A stretch of DNA of 64,000 bases from contig JAADCZ010000060.1 of the NCBI GenBank assembly GCA_013154175.1, positions 7,530 through 71,529 on the forward strand, written 5' to 3'. The position numbers and the translations under genes were made by a program. The notes beneath the pieces are model-generated. The model saw only the letters and a program-made list of their open reading frames with translations. It searched no databases and was not told where the DNA came from. Source of the stretch: Thermodesulfobacteriota bacterium (GTDB taxonomy: Bacteria > Desulfobacterota > Dissulfuribacteria > Dissulfuribacterales > QOAL01). Positions 48,610 through 58,418 of the stretch are shown here, piece after piece. Every line of letters begins with the position of its first letter. The first letter of the stretch is position 1.

Positions 48610-49428
48610 CTATGTCTTTTGTCTTGGCCAAAGGCCAAGCGGAGCAGTCTCGTTGTGGAAGATCTCCACACTGATATCCCATCCCTCCTCGAGCGCCCTC
48701 TTGCTCAGAAACTCCTTCAGGTCTTTGACAACAGGTCTTTCAGTGTGAAAGTGGCCTCCATCAATCACCAAGATGTCATAGGCTTGCGCCTTGATGGCTA
48801 CGCTATGTTTTATTTCCCCTGTTACAAAGGCCTGGGCTCCACTCTTCATAGCTTCCTCGAAAAGGGTGGAACCTGAACCAGAACACACAGCAACGGTGGT
48901 GATTGGCCCCTTGGCAGAGCCTGCGTAGGGCACATGGCCAAGGTTCAGCCTGTGGGCAACGTGTGAGAGGAGTTCCTCTTGCCGCATCTGTGTGGCCAGT
49001 CTTCCTACGCGCCCGAGTCCGCATTCCGGCATGTTCGGGTTTGGTAGAAGAGGGCGGGTATCTACTATGTCCAAAAGGCTGCAAAGCCTGTCGTTGACAC
49101 CTCCCTTGGCAGAATCAAGGTTTGTATGCATGGATATGACAGAGATGTCATGACGTAAAAAACCCGCCAACAGGCGGGCTGTATATTCTTTTAGATTTAA
49201 GGAACTAAGGGGTTTGAAAATGAGTGGGTGATGTGAAATTACCAGGTCTGCCTCGTTCTCCAGGGCAAATGCAAGGAGTTGTGGAGTTACATCCAGGGCA
49301 AGGACGATATTTTTGACCTTTTCATCTGGGTCTCCACATTGAAGGCCGACATTGTCCCATTCCTCAGCAAGGGGTTTGGGAGCCCAGTCAAAAAGGGCGT
49401 TTTCTATGTCTTGGACTGACGGTTCCAT
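48610..49428 (-). CDS. Nif3-like dinuclear metal centre protein (YbgI/GTP cyclohydrolase 1 type 2 homolog)
   Basis: NIF3 pattern WDNVGLQCGD...ISHHPLIFKP...SMHTNLD...VTGEIKHS. Confidence 0.85.
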   Translation of the reverse strand: MEPSVQDIENALFDWAPKPLAEEWDNVGLQCGDPDEKVKNIVLALDVTPQLLAFALENEADLVISHHPLIFKPLSSLNLKEYTARLLAGFLRHDISVISMHTNLDSAKGGVNDRLCSLLDIVDTRPLLPNPNMPECGLGRVGRLATQMRQEELLSHVAHRLNLGHVPYAGSAKGPITTVAVCSGSGSTLFEEAMKSGAQAFVTGEIKHSVAIKAQAYDILVIDGGHFHTERPVVKDLKEFLSKRALEEGWDISVEIFHNETAPLGLWPRQKT

Positions 49429-49458
49429 TCTTCTCTATGAGTGAAAATAAGCACCAAA

Positions 49459-49489
49459 AAAAGGTGCAACCTTTTAGATTGCACCTTTT
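49459..49489 (-). terminator. rho-independent terminator downstream of tRNA-Met
   Basis: Perfect 11-bp stem AAAAGGTGCAA/TTGCACCTTTT with a 9-nt loop. On the minus strand the 3' arm runs into a T-tract. Confidence 0.7.
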
Positions 49490-49582
49490 AAATACACACC
49501 ACGCTGTTATCTGCTGGATAATTGTTCATGGTTGTTGTCTCTAAAAGCCAAAGAGCTCTAATTTAATTAAAGATAACAGAAT

Positions 49583-49656
49583 TGGGCCCACCAGGATTCG
49601 AACCTGGGACCAACCGGTTATGAGCCGGTGGCTCTGACCAACTGAGCTATGGGCCC
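49583..49656 (-). tRNA. tRNA with CAT anticodon (elongator tRNA-Met, or tRNA-Ile2 if lysidine-modified); CCA not encoded
   Basis: Reverse complement GGGCCCA-TA-GCTC-AGTTGGTCA-GAGC-C-ACCGG-CTCATAA-CCGGT-TGGTC-CCAGG-TTCGAAT-CCTGG-TGGGCCC-A folds as a canonical cloverleaf. It is not initiator-like (1:72 is paired). Confidence 0.9.
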
Positions 49657-49835
49657 TGAACTGAAATCGTCAATATAAATGCAGTTGCAAAATTGTCAAG
49701 ACACCGATTCGGCCATTTATTTGGCCTTTTTATAAAGCTTTTGTGTGCATATTTGTACCATTAAGTTAATATCTACTCATCCATTGTCTAGTCAGGAATT
49801 TTTCAATTTTGGACCCTGGACTGTGAGATTTATCT

Positions 49836-51266
49836 ATGAAAAACTGCCTACAAATTACAAGGTCTTTAATATGGGCCATGATAGTTCTCGTCTCAATGGT
49901 CTCGGTTGGATGCCGCGGTTATCATGGGCCCAAGGAGGCTCCGCCAGTAAGCGTCCCCGCCGCCTTTTCCATGAATGGAACAGACCCTGTGACTTCACGC
50001 TGGTGGCGCAGGCTTCCAGACCCTGAAATGTGGGCCCTGGTGGAAAGCTCCTTGGATACCAATTTTTCAATAAGGTCAGCCTATGAAAGGGTGAAAAAGG
50101 CCTCGGCCCTGTTTGAGACAGAAAGGTCCTATCTCTTCCCCTGGATCCAGGCTGGTTCAGACCTTACCCACTGGACCAAGAAGATCGATGGCGACTACAT
50201 AAATGAGGACCAGATTTCCCTCGATATGGCAGTTAGTTATGAACTGGACCTGTGGGGCCGGTTGCGTGCAGGTGCAAAGGCAGCCAAGTTCGAATACCTT
50301 GCACAAAGGGCCGACTATGAGGCAGCCAGAATTTCCCTTTCATCACAAGTGGCCTCGAAGTATTACGAAATAGTGGCCCTTGAAGAGGAAAGGGCGATTG
50401 TCGAGCGCCAGATTGCCAGAAACAAGGCTTCACTCAGTATCATCGAAGAAAAGTATAATCTTGGTCAGACAGATGCCTTGGACCTTCTCCAGCAGACGCA
50501 ACTGGTGCAGCAGAATATCTCCATGGAGATAGGAATTCGCAAGTCCCTGGAGACAGCGAGAAAAGAGCTTGCCGTGCTGCTAGGGGTGACCCCTGGGGAG
50601 CTCCCCAAACTTACCAAAACAAAGGCCCAGGATAAGCTGCCTCCTCTTCCCCCGTTGCCAAGGGTTGGGGTTCCATCCACCTTGCTGAAACGCCGGCCAG
50701 ACTGTCAGAGGCTTTTTCTACGTCTCAAAGCGGCAAATTCCAGACTCGCCAAGGCCGTTGCCGACCAGTACCCCCAGATAAATCTCACTGGTGACATCAC
50801 CACAGCAGCATCTGCCACAAAGGATTTGTTCGAGAACTGGATAGCGACCCTGTCCGCCGGGCTACTGGCACCGGTTTTTGAAGGAGGTCGCCTGAGCGCC
50901 CAGGTCAAGGTGAAGGAGGCAGAGGCCTACGAGGCCCTGTATGACTATGGGCAGGCCCTACTTGTTGCTATTCAAGAGGTGGAAGATAGCCTGTGGGTGG
51001 AAAAACGCCAGAGACAGCTCATGGAGAATCTAAGCTCTAGGCTCGAGCTTGCCAGGAATACCAGTCTGCTCCTCAAGGACAAATACCTGGCAGGAGAGGT
51101 AGAGTATCTGAGGTTTCTGACCGCAGAACTGAGTGTGGATGACCTAGAAAGACAGCTCGTGGAAGAGCAACTCAAGCTAATTCTCAACAGAATCCGCCTT
51201 TACAAGGCCATAGCCGGCCCTGTAGAGACCACGGCCACTAGTGATAACAGGAAGGTGGAGCCATGA
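49836..51266 (+). CDS. efflux outer-membrane factor lipoprotein (NodT/TolC family)
   Basis: Lipobox ...VSVGC, followed by two OEP repeats rich in coiled-coil segments. Confidence 0.85.
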   Translation: MKNCLQITRSLIWAMIVLVSMVSVGCRGYHGPKEAPPVSVPAAFSMNGTDPVTSRWWRRLPDPEMWALVESSLDTNFSIRSAYERVKKASALFETERSYLFPWIQAGSDLTHWTKKIDGDYINEDQISLDMAVSYELDLWGRLRAGAKAAKFEYLAQRADYEAARISLSSQVASKYYEIVALEEERAIVERQIARNKASLSIIEEKYNLGQTDALDLLQQTQLVQQNISMEIGIRKSLETARKELAVLLGVTPGELPKLTKTKAQDKLPPLPPLPRVGVPSTLLKRRPDCQRLFLRLKAANSRLAKAVADQYPQINLTGDITTAASATKDLFENWIATLSAGLLAPVFEGGRLSAQVKVKEAEAYEALYDYGQALLVAIQEVEDSLWVEKRQRQLMENLSSRLELARNTSLLLKDKYLAGEVEYLRFLTAELSVDDLERQLVEEQLKLILNRIRLYKAIAGPVETTATSDNRKVEP

Positions 51267-52507
51267 ATCGCAAGCTCATATACGGGGTGGGCATTGTCCT
51301 TTTGTTGGCCATATTGTTTGGCATCTTTAGGGTCTTCAAGGGGAAAAAAGAGGAAAAAGGGTTCAAGGAATTCAGTGTGAGACTGGGCCAGGTCAGCGAG
51401 GTGATTACTGCCACCGGTGAGATAAAGGCCGCCACAGGGGCCCAGATAAGTCTTGGAGCCAGGGTTACGGGTATGGTCGTCAAGGAGCCCATAAGCGTTG
51501 GAGACCATGTCAAGAAAGGGGATCTCATTGCCATCATCGACAACAGGGAGCTGAAGGAGGATGTCAATCGTACAGAGGCAGAGCTTGAAAGGGTAAAGGT
51601 CCATTTCCAGAAATCCATTCGGGAACAGGAGCTCGCAGTCAGGGAGCTTTTGAATCAGTTCAAAAAGGCGGAGCTCGAAGTCAAGAAGGCAAGTGCCGAG
51701 TATGAGTTTAGAAAGTGGAATTATTCCAGTCTAAAGAGGCTCTTTGAAAGCAAGAATCACAGTGTCTCTGAAAGAAGTTATAGGGAGGCCAAAAACGCCC
51801 TACAACAGGCAAGGGCGGGCCTGGAGCAGGCAAAGTATGGGCGAAATGCAGCGGAGGCTGCACTCAACAAGGCAAGAACTGCACTCGATAGGCTCAAGAA
51901 GGAATATAAACAGGAGCTCTTAAAGGCAGAGGCCGAATATAAGAAGGCACAGATAAGGTTTTCATATTCAATACTCAGGGCACCCTTTTCCGGTGTAATC
52001 ACCTATGTTTCGACCCAGGAGGGCGAGACGGTAGTTGCCGGTCTAAATGCCCCACAGTTTGTAAAGATTCTCGATGAATCCAGGGTGGAAAACTGGATAT
52101 ACGTGGATGAGACAGACATTGGCCGCGTAAAACATGGCATGGAGGTGACCTTTCACGTGGATGCCTATCCAGATAAGCCATATCATGGCAAGATAGACCA
52201 GATTTACCCGGCCCCGGTGGTGCAGAACAACGTGGTCTATTACATCGCTGTCATGAAAATATATCAGAAAGACGCCACCCTTCATCTCAAGATGACCACC
52301 CATAACAAGGTTCACATCAGGACGATCAAGGACGTTCTCGTGGTCCCAAACAGTGCGGTGAAATTTCTGGATGGGCACTATGTGGTGAGGTTGAAAGGTG
52401 CCCCAGGGGATGGATTCGTAAAGGTGGTTCCTGGGGCGAGTGATGAATCCTTCACTGAGATAAAGGAGGGGCTGCATCAGGGCGATGTGGTGCTCTACAG
52501 ACCATAA
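51263..52507 (+). CDS. efflux periplasmic adaptor (HlyD/MacA-type membrane fusion protein)
   Basis: N-terminal TM, lipoyl-like halves flanking a long alpha-hairpin, and a beta-barrel domain. 4-nt overlap with the OMF gene. Confidence 0.85.
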   Translation: MNRKLIYGVGIVLLLAILFGIFRVFKGKKEEKGFKEFSVRLGQVSEVITATGEIKAATGAQISLGARVTGMVVKEPISVGDHVKKGDLIAIIDNRELKEDVNRTEAELERVKVHFQKSIREQELAVRELLNQFKKAELEVKKASAEYEFRKWNYSSLKRLFESKNHSVSERSYREAKNALQQARAGLEQAKYGRNAAEAALNKARTALDRLKKEYKQELLKAEAEYKKAQIRFSYSILRAPFSGVITYVSTQEGETVVAGLNAPQFVKILDESRVENWIYVDETDIGRVKHGMEVTFHVDAYPDKPYHGKIDQIYPAPVVQNNVVYYIAVMKIYQKDATLHLKMTTHNKVHIRTIKDVLVVPNSAVKFLDGHYVVRLKGAPGDGFVKVVPGASDESFTEIKEGLHQGDVVLYRP

Positions 52508-52530
52508 GAAGAAGGCTTCAACCGAAATCA

Positions 52531-53199
52531 ATGGCCATTATCGAACTTAGAGATATAACGAAGACTTACCGTCAAGGCGAGCTTGAGGTAAAGGTCCTGA
52601 AAGGTGTGAATCTTGAGGTGGAAAAGGGGGATTTTCTGGCAATCATGGGGGCGAGTGGAAGCGGCAAGTCCACCCTGCTCTATATAATCGGATGTCTTGA
52701 GAGCCCAAGCAGCGGCACATACCGTCTGGCTGGGGCAGAGGTTTCAAAGCTCGAAGACGATGAGCTCTCCAGGGTTCGTAATGAAAGGTTGGGCTTTGTC
52801 TTTCAATCCTTTTATCTCATCCCATATCTGACTGTGGAGGAAAACGTCCTGGTGCCCACGATTTATTCCAAAAAGAGAAGGGATTACAAGGCTAGGGCGA
52901 GGCATCTGTTGGAACAGGTGGGGCTTGGTCACAGGGTATCCTTCCTTCCCTCTGAGTTGTCAGGAGGCCAGAAGCAGCGCGTGGCCATTGTCAGGAGTCT
53001 CATTAATGACCCAGACATCGTGCTGGCAGATGAACCTACGGGTCAGTTGGACTCCCACAGCTCGGCGCAGGTCATGGAGATACTGTCTGATTTGAACAAG
53101 CAGGGCAAGACAATAATCGTGGTAACCCATGATGAACAAACGGCCGATTATGCCAGTCGGCGCGTCATAATGAAAGATGGACTTCTCTATTCTGCTTAG
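52531..53199 (+). CDS. ABC transporter ATP-binding protein (MacB/LolD-type)
   Basis: GASGSGKSTLL, LSGGQKQRVAIVRSL and VLADEPTGQLD. Confidence 0.9.
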   Translation: MAIIELRDITKTYRQGELEVKVLKGVNLEVEKGDFLAIMGASGSGKSTLLYIIGCLESPSSGTYRLAGAEVSKLEDDELSRVRNERLGFVFQSFYLIPYLTVEENVLVPTIYSKKRRDYKARARHLLEQVGLGHRVSFLPSELSGGQKQRVAIVRSLINDPDIVLADEPTGQLDSHSSAQVMEILSDLNKQGKTIIVVTHDEQTADYASRRVIMKDGLLYSA

Positions 53200-54388
53200 G
53201 GGCCTGTTTCTTGCCTCGGTTGTCAAGGCATTGAGGCACGGGGCCATGAAGACGGTATTTGCCCTGTTTGCCATCAGTTTTGGCATTTCATCCATAGTAT
53301 TCATTGTTGCCGCCATAGAGGGGAGCAACCTCCAGGCAAAGAAGATCATAGAGCTTCTAGGCCCCGGGAGTATCTTTGTAAGATCTGGCTTTGGTGGCAA
53401 GGGAACCGTCAGGAGACTGGGCAACAGGCTAGATATTCAGGACTTTAAGGCCCTGAAGAAGGTCGTGGGAGTGGAAAGGGCTGCATATCTCGTTCTAAAA
53501 CGTGTGGACATGTCCAGTCTAAACCGTCATGTAAAGGCATATGTGGTTGGGGCAATGAAGGACTTTCTCTATGTTTTCGACTATAAGATAGCCCAGGGTC
53601 GGCCTTTTCGCCCAAGGGAGTACCTAAGTGTCCCAAAGGTGTGCATCATCGGAACGGAGCTTGCCCAGGAGCTCTTTGGCAATGCAAGCCCCTTGGGAAA
53701 GAGTATCAGAATCAACAAGACAAGTTTTGAGGTCATAGGGGTCTTTGCCAAAAAGGGGAAGCTTCCAAGTGGCAGGAGCCTGGATAACCGGGCAATACTT
53801 CCAATCAATACCTACAGAAAGTTTATAGAACCGGAATACAAGAGGTTTTTTGCAATAAAATTGAAGGTGGCAAGTGATGTTTCCTATAACCTGATAGTGA
53901 AACAGGTGAGGCAGCTCCTTCTTAGGCGTCACGACCCCCACGATTTTGTGGTGATCACTCCTGAGACCATCAGGAAGTTTCTGAATATTTTTAACTTTAC
54001 CCTATCCATTTATCTTGGCCTCGTAAGCATGGCAGCACTTTTCATAAGCGGGTTTGTGATGTCCAACATATTTTCCATAAACGTTAAGGTTCGTGCCTGG
54101 GAAATTGGTATCAGAAGGGCAATGGGGGCAACCAGGAGCCACATCATCCTGCAGTTCCTGTGTGAGGCAGTTATGATTTCCCTTCTGGGTGCCGTGTTTG
54201 GCAGCATTCTGGGGTTTTTGGGAATACGCTTTCTCATGCCCCTTTTGAACATTCCAACGGTCTATCCCACAGCTTCCTATGTGGCAGCCGTGGTATTTTC
54301 CATAGGAACGGGTATTGCCTCTGCCCTTTTGCCAGCCAAGAACGCTGCCCAGTGGGAACCTGTCCGGGCATTGAGGTCTAGACTGTGA
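53177..54388 (+). CDS. ABC transporter permease (MacB periplasmic domain + FtsX)
   Basis: TM1, a large periplasmic domain and three C-terminal TMs, with the FtsX-type motif IGIRRAMGATRSHI. Confidence 0.85.
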   Translation: MDFSILLRGLFLASVVKALRHGAMKTVFALFAISFGISSIVFIVAAIEGSNLQAKKIIELLGPGSIFVRSGFGGKGTVRRLGNRLDIQDFKALKKVVGVERAAYLVLKRVDMSSLNRHVKAYVVGAMKDFLYVFDYKIAQGRPFRPREYLSVPKVCIIGTELAQELFGNASPLGKSIRINKTSFEVIGVFAKKGKLPSGRSLDNRAILPINTYRKFIEPEYKRFFAIKLKVASDVSYNLIVKQVRQLLLRRHDPHDFVVITPETIRKFLNIFNFTLSIYLGLVSMAALFISGFVMSNIFSINVKVRAWEIGIRRAMGATRSHIILQFLCEAVMISLLGAVFGSILGFLGIRFLMPLLNIPTVYPTASYVAAVVFSIGTGIASALLPAKNAAQWEPVRALRSRL

Positions 54389-55593
54389 GGGTACCTTTAA
54401 GGGAGCTTATAGCCTACTTCAAGGTAGAGCGCAGGCGCACCATGGTTGCCATCCTGGGGATTGCCATTGGGGCAACGTCTCTGGTGCTCATGGACACCAT
54501 CAGCGGTGCCATGAAGAAGAAGGTGGAGGCTGAGCTTGGTCGGCTGGGTGCCCTTCTCATAATGGTGGTTCCAGGGGATGTCAGGGCAGTGGGGCAGAGG
54601 AGGTTCCAGTTTTCCAGATATACCACCTTGAAGCTCGAGGATGTGGAATACATACGGCAGAAGGTCCCCTTTGTGGAAGGGGGGAGTGCTGTCAAGAAAA
54701 AGGCGCTGTCTGTAAAGAATCGTATGAACGAATCGCACCTTACGGTTACAGGTGTGGAGACGGACTACTTCAGGCTCCTTGACTACAGATTGGCACAGGG
54801 CAGGCTTTTTGTGAAAAAGGATATCGAGCGAATGCGAAAGGTGGTTGTAATCGGCTCAAAGATACCAGAAAAGTTTTTTCCAACGGGAGAAAGCCCAGTG
54901 GGTAAGACCCTTAACCTGGGCTCGACACCCTTTAAGGTGGTAGGTGTTCTGGAAAAGCGGGGCAGTTTCAGCGACGAGGATTTTGATGAAACACTCTTCA
55001 TTCCCCTTTCGACCCAGATGAGGGTCATTGAAAACCTGGACTTTCTGGACGGAGCGGTATTTCAGGCCACCTCCAGAGACGAGTTACCAAGGGCCATTAG
55101 GGACATTCGCTCCCTTCTAATTGAAAGGCATGGCAAGGAGGATTTTACCATCAACACCTACCAGGAGGTCCAGGGCACGGCATCCAAGACATTGCGCCTC
55201 TTTTCTGTGCTCAGCCGGATAGTGGCATTTGTCGCCTTTTGCGTGGGTACCCTTGGTATCTTGGCAGTGATGTCGCTATCCATTTATGAGCGTCTCCTGG
55301 AAATTGCTATCAAGAGGGTGGTGGGGGCCAGAAAGGTGGATATCTTCCTGCAGTTTTTGGCTGAGTCTATGGTGCTTAGCATTGTCGGGTCTGTAGCGGG
55401 TGTGGTGTTTTCAATAATCATTGGCCTTCTGGTTCAGCTAGTTGCCAAGTGGCCATTTTTCATCCCGCTACAAACCATTGCCATTTCCATAGGTCTTTCT
55501 GCCATGACGGGAATTGCTGCAGGGGTTTACCCGGCCATAAAGGCCCTGGAGTTTGAACCAAGAAAGATACTCAAGATATTCGAAGAGCAATAG
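54385..55593 (+). CDS. ABC transporter permease (MacB periplasmic domain + FtsX), second paralog
   Basis: Same architecture as the preceding gene (IAIKRVVGARKVDI). 4-nt overlap. Confidence 0.85.
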   Translation: MRVPLRELIAYFKVERRRTMVAILGIAIGATSLVLMDTISGAMKKKVEAELGRLGALLIMVVPGDVRAVGQRRFQFSRYTTLKLEDVEYIRQKVPFVEGGSAVKKKALSVKNRMNESHLTVTGVETDYFRLLDYRLAQGRLFVKKDIERMRKVVVIGSKIPEKFFPTGESPVGKTLNLGSTPFKVVGVLEKRGSFSDEDFDETLFIPLSTQMRVIENLDFLDGAVFQATSRDELPRAIRDIRSLLIERHGKEDFTINTYQEVQGTASKTLRLFSVLSRIVAFVAFCVGTLGILAVMSLSIYERLLEIAIKRVVGARKVDIFLQFLAESMVLSIVGSVAGVVFSIIIGLLVQLVAKWPFFIPLQTIAISIGLSAMTGIAAGVYPAIKALEFEPRKILKIFEEQ

Positions 55594-55613
55594 GCGTGGA
55601 GAAATAAAGAGAG

Positions 55614-57710
55614 CTAGTGCAGCTTTCCCTTCAAGTTGAAGTTGCGCCCCCTGAATCTGTTCTTGAGGGTCTTTCTGGAAGAGGGCAGCCTTGGAAGTCG
55701 TTTATTTTTGGAGGGCAGGAAGCGAAGGTCGATTATGAACCTGCTTACACCCAGTTGGGCAAGATGTTGCCCCATTTCCAGAAATGATACCGGGGCGCTG
55801 GGGTAGAGGTAGCCTATCTGCCCATCGTGTTTCCAATGGAATCTTTCTCCCTTGAGGCTTTCCACCATCTTCTTTGGGTTGTAGGAGCTGTGTTTCACCC
55901 TTGTTGTGAAAAGGGGAATAAACCCGTAGGCAGTCAGGGAGACCTTGAAGGGAACATGGGCAAGGGCAGACTCGAGATTTTCCATGTCTGTTTCTATGCT
56001 GAATTGTGGCATCACAACCCCCAGTTCCCTTATTGCCCGAAGTGCCTGGGAGTTTAGGAGATTTAGCTCAAAGGAGGACGTCATTTTCACCCGGTGTTGA
56101 TTGAGGGAAAGATGGCCCAGGTTTGATGCCTGAAATTCACTGAAGCCCATGGCCTTGGCCCTTTGGTAAAGCTCCAGGAGGTTTTCTTCCTGGCGCCCAA
56201 AGCTAAGTGGAGGCAGATGCCAGATAATCCTCTTTTTCCTGAGTTCCTTCCCCTTAAGCCTCGAGATGCCAGAGAGGTTCTTTCTGGTAAGTGGCAGGAT
56301 GAAACAAGATGCCAGCCTGGATTTGAGAAAGTCCTTCAAGGCCCAGGGTTCACTTAGAAAAATGGCTATTTCAAACTCCTGATCCTTTTTGCTCACCTGA
56401 CCCGTCTTTCCCTTTTTGGGCTGCAATTTAAGAAGCACGTTTTTGGCCTTGATCTCGGCCTGTTCCATGATTTTTTCAAAGGAATCGGTTTTGATACCAG
56501 GGGCTTTTGACTGAAACTCCAAATCTTTCCCGGATTGACCACTGTCCGTCTTAAACAACAGGGCTCCCTTGAGGCGTGATTCCAACTCCCTGGCCACAGA
56601 ATTTGGGGGAATTGTTATCTGCCCCGGGCCTTGCACGGATTTTACCCGTGTGGCGATCTGTTTATCCAACTTTTTGATGACGATACGTATCCTGTCGCCA
56701 GGGTCAATGTCGCACTCTGAGGAAAGATTGAGGATTCCATTTCTATAGCTGTCGATTTTTGACAGGAAGATGCCGGTATTTGCTGTACGTGTTGGTGATA
56801 CGAGATCCTTTCTGTTGGTTCCAAGGAAAAATCCCTTGGTGGTTGGCCGGCCCATTGCCTTTTTTAGCTCATCGAGGGCAGATTCATACTTGGCTGGATC
56901 TTCATCTTTCAAATGGTCTAGGGCCATGCGATAGGCCTTGACCACATGATAGATATAATTTGCAGGCTTCAGCCTTCCTTCAATCTTTAGGGATGTAACC
57001 CCGATTCTGGCAATGTCTTTCAATAGATCGATGGCGCACAGATCGTCCATGGAAAAGAACGTTCCATATTTGTTGTCCCAGCGGTACTGCCTACGGCAGG
57101 GCTGGACACAGCGGCCCCTGGTGCTGGATTTGCCTCCGTAGAAGCTGCTAAATCTGCAAAGCCCGGAGACGGAGAAACACATGGCTCCATGGACAAAGAT
57201 TTCTATTTCGAGGTTGCTCTTTCTTACTATCTGGCCGATTTCCTGTAAGGTAAGTTCTCGTGCAAGTACAACCCGTGAAAATCCAAGACTTTCACACGTT
57301 TTCACCCCAAGGGAGTTGTGAATGGTCATGAGGGTGGAGGCATGAAGGCGTAAACTTGGAAAGTAAAGCCTTGCTATTCGGGCAATTCCAAGGTCCTGGA
57401 CGATGAGTGCGTCGACTCCGATCTCTTCCAGCTGGGCAAGGAGTCGGACGCAGTCTGCTATCTCCCTTTCCTTCATTACGGAGTTTAGGGCGATGAAGGT
57501 TTTGACCCCCTTGCCCCTGGCTGTTTCCGTAAGGGAGGCTATTTGTTTTATTGAAAAATTTTTGCCATAGGCCCGTGCATTTAGAATTTGCGGGCTTATA
57601 TAGATTGCATCTGCACCGGCTTCCAATGCGGCATGGAAGGCCTCGACAGTTCCTGCAGGCGCAAGAAGCTCGGGTATATTTCTGACTCCGCCTTTGTTTC
57701 CTATCTTCAT
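55614..57710 (-). CDS. U32-family peptidase-like protein (probable Fe-S enzyme), long form
   Basis: U32 signature EIFVHGAMCFSVSGLC plus a downstream Cys cluster (RGRCVQPCR). 698 aa with a large C-terminal extension. Confidence 0.8.
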   Translation of the reverse strand: MKIGNKGGVRNIPELLAPAGTVEAFHAALEAGADAIYISPQILNARAYGKNFSIKQIASLTETARGKGVKTFIALNSVMKEREIADCVRLLAQLEEIGVDALIVQDLGIARIARLYFPSLRLHASTLMTIHNSLGVKTCESLGFSRVVLARELTLQEIGQIVRKSNLEIEIFVHGAMCFSVSGLCRFSSFYGGKSSTRGRCVQPCRRQYRWDNKYGTFFSMDDLCAIDLLKDIARIGVTSLKIEGRLKPANYIYHVVKAYRMALDHLKDEDPAKYESALDELKKAMGRPTTKGFFLGTNRKDLVSPTRTANTGIFLSKIDSYRNGILNLSSECDIDPGDRIRIVIKKLDKQIATRVKSVQGPGQITIPPNSVARELESRLKGALLFKTDSGQSGKDLEFQSKAPGIKTDSFEKIMEQAEIKAKNVLLKLQPKKGKTGQVSKKDQEFEIAIFLSEPWALKDFLKSRLASCFILPLTRKNLSGISRLKGKELRKKRIIWHLPPLSFGRQEENLLELYQRAKAMGFSEFQASNLGHLSLNQHRVKMTSSFELNLLNSQALRAIRELGVVMPQFSIETDMENLESALAHVPFKVSLTAYGFIPLFTTRVKHSSYNPKKMVESLKGERFHWKHDGQIGYLYPSAPVSFLEMGQHLAQLGVSRFIIDLRFLPSKNKRLPRLPSSRKTLKNRFRGRNFNLKGKLH

Positions 57711-57761
57711 GACTACTGTTCAATCTTTCCTGGGTGAGCTGGTTTAAAAACGAAAAAACCC

Positions 57762-57799
57762 CTGCCACACCTGTTGGGTAGGGCAGGGGGATGAGGTTG
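57762..57799 (-). terminator. rho-independent terminator downstream of the SYLF gene
   Basis: On the minus strand: CCCCTGCC, a 15-nt loop, GGCAGGGG, then TTTTTT. Confidence 0.75.
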
Positions 57800-57819
57800 T
57801 GACTATTTTTGTGAAAAGG

Positions 57820-58392
57820 TTATTTTTCCTGTTCCGGGTGGAAGGGAGTGATTTTTGTGCCCTGTAGTCCAAGGCCGGCCATGAGGCCCTTTTGGCTGAA
57901 GATGAATGCATAGATATCCTTTTTGGCCGTTGTGGTAGTGATGTTCTTTGCCTTTCCAGCATCGACTATCACTATACTCGGGCCGACACCAATTTCCCAC
58001 CCATTACTGTTTAGCACATACTTGAGTGCCTTGTCTGTCATGAGGAACAGGGCATATCCAAAGGACTGTACCCCTGCCTGCAGACCATATGAGGCACCCA
58101 CACTTTTATAATAGGCTACACTGTGGCCATTGACCCTGAGGGCACCTTCTCCGTACTGGCCACCAACGATGAAGCCTGCCTTGTAGATTTTGGGAAACAC
58201 CAGTATCCCCTTTGCCATCTTTGCAAGTTGGCGTGCCTCTGGGGATTTTTCAAAGAGTTCCTGAAGGGCCTTGTCCACGGCCCTGTCTATTTCCTGGGCT
58301 GTGGCCGCATACGCCTTTATGGAACCAGCAAAAAGCAACATGATGGTGCAAAGATATGTAATTAGGGCCTTTGATAGCGTCATTTCTTTCAT
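57820..58392 (-). CDS. SYLF (DUF500/Ysc84-like) lipid-binding domain protein, secreted
   Basis: Signal peptide, then GGQYGEGAL...SYGLQAGVQSFGYALFLM...GWEIGVGPSIV, typical of SYLF. Confidence 0.75.
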   Translation of the reverse strand: MKEMTLSKALITYLCTIMLLFAGSIKAYAATAQEIDRAVDKALQELFEKSPEARQLAKMAKGILVFPKIYKAGFIVGGQYGEGALRVNGHSVAYYKSVGASYGLQAGVQSFGYALFLMTDKALKYVLNSNGWEIGVGPSIVIVDAGKAKNITTTTAKKDIYAFIFSQKGLMAGLGLQGTKITPFHPEQEK

Positions 58393-58418
58393 GATTTCCT
58401 CCTTGTTGGTGACTAACC

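Noticed and set aside
49710-49730. Small hairpin GGCCA-TTTATT-TGGCC followed by TTTTT on the + strand, upstream of the efflux operon
   Set aside because: The stem is only 5 bp and no + strand transcription unit ends here. It could be chance in an AT-rich spacer. It was not called as a terminator.
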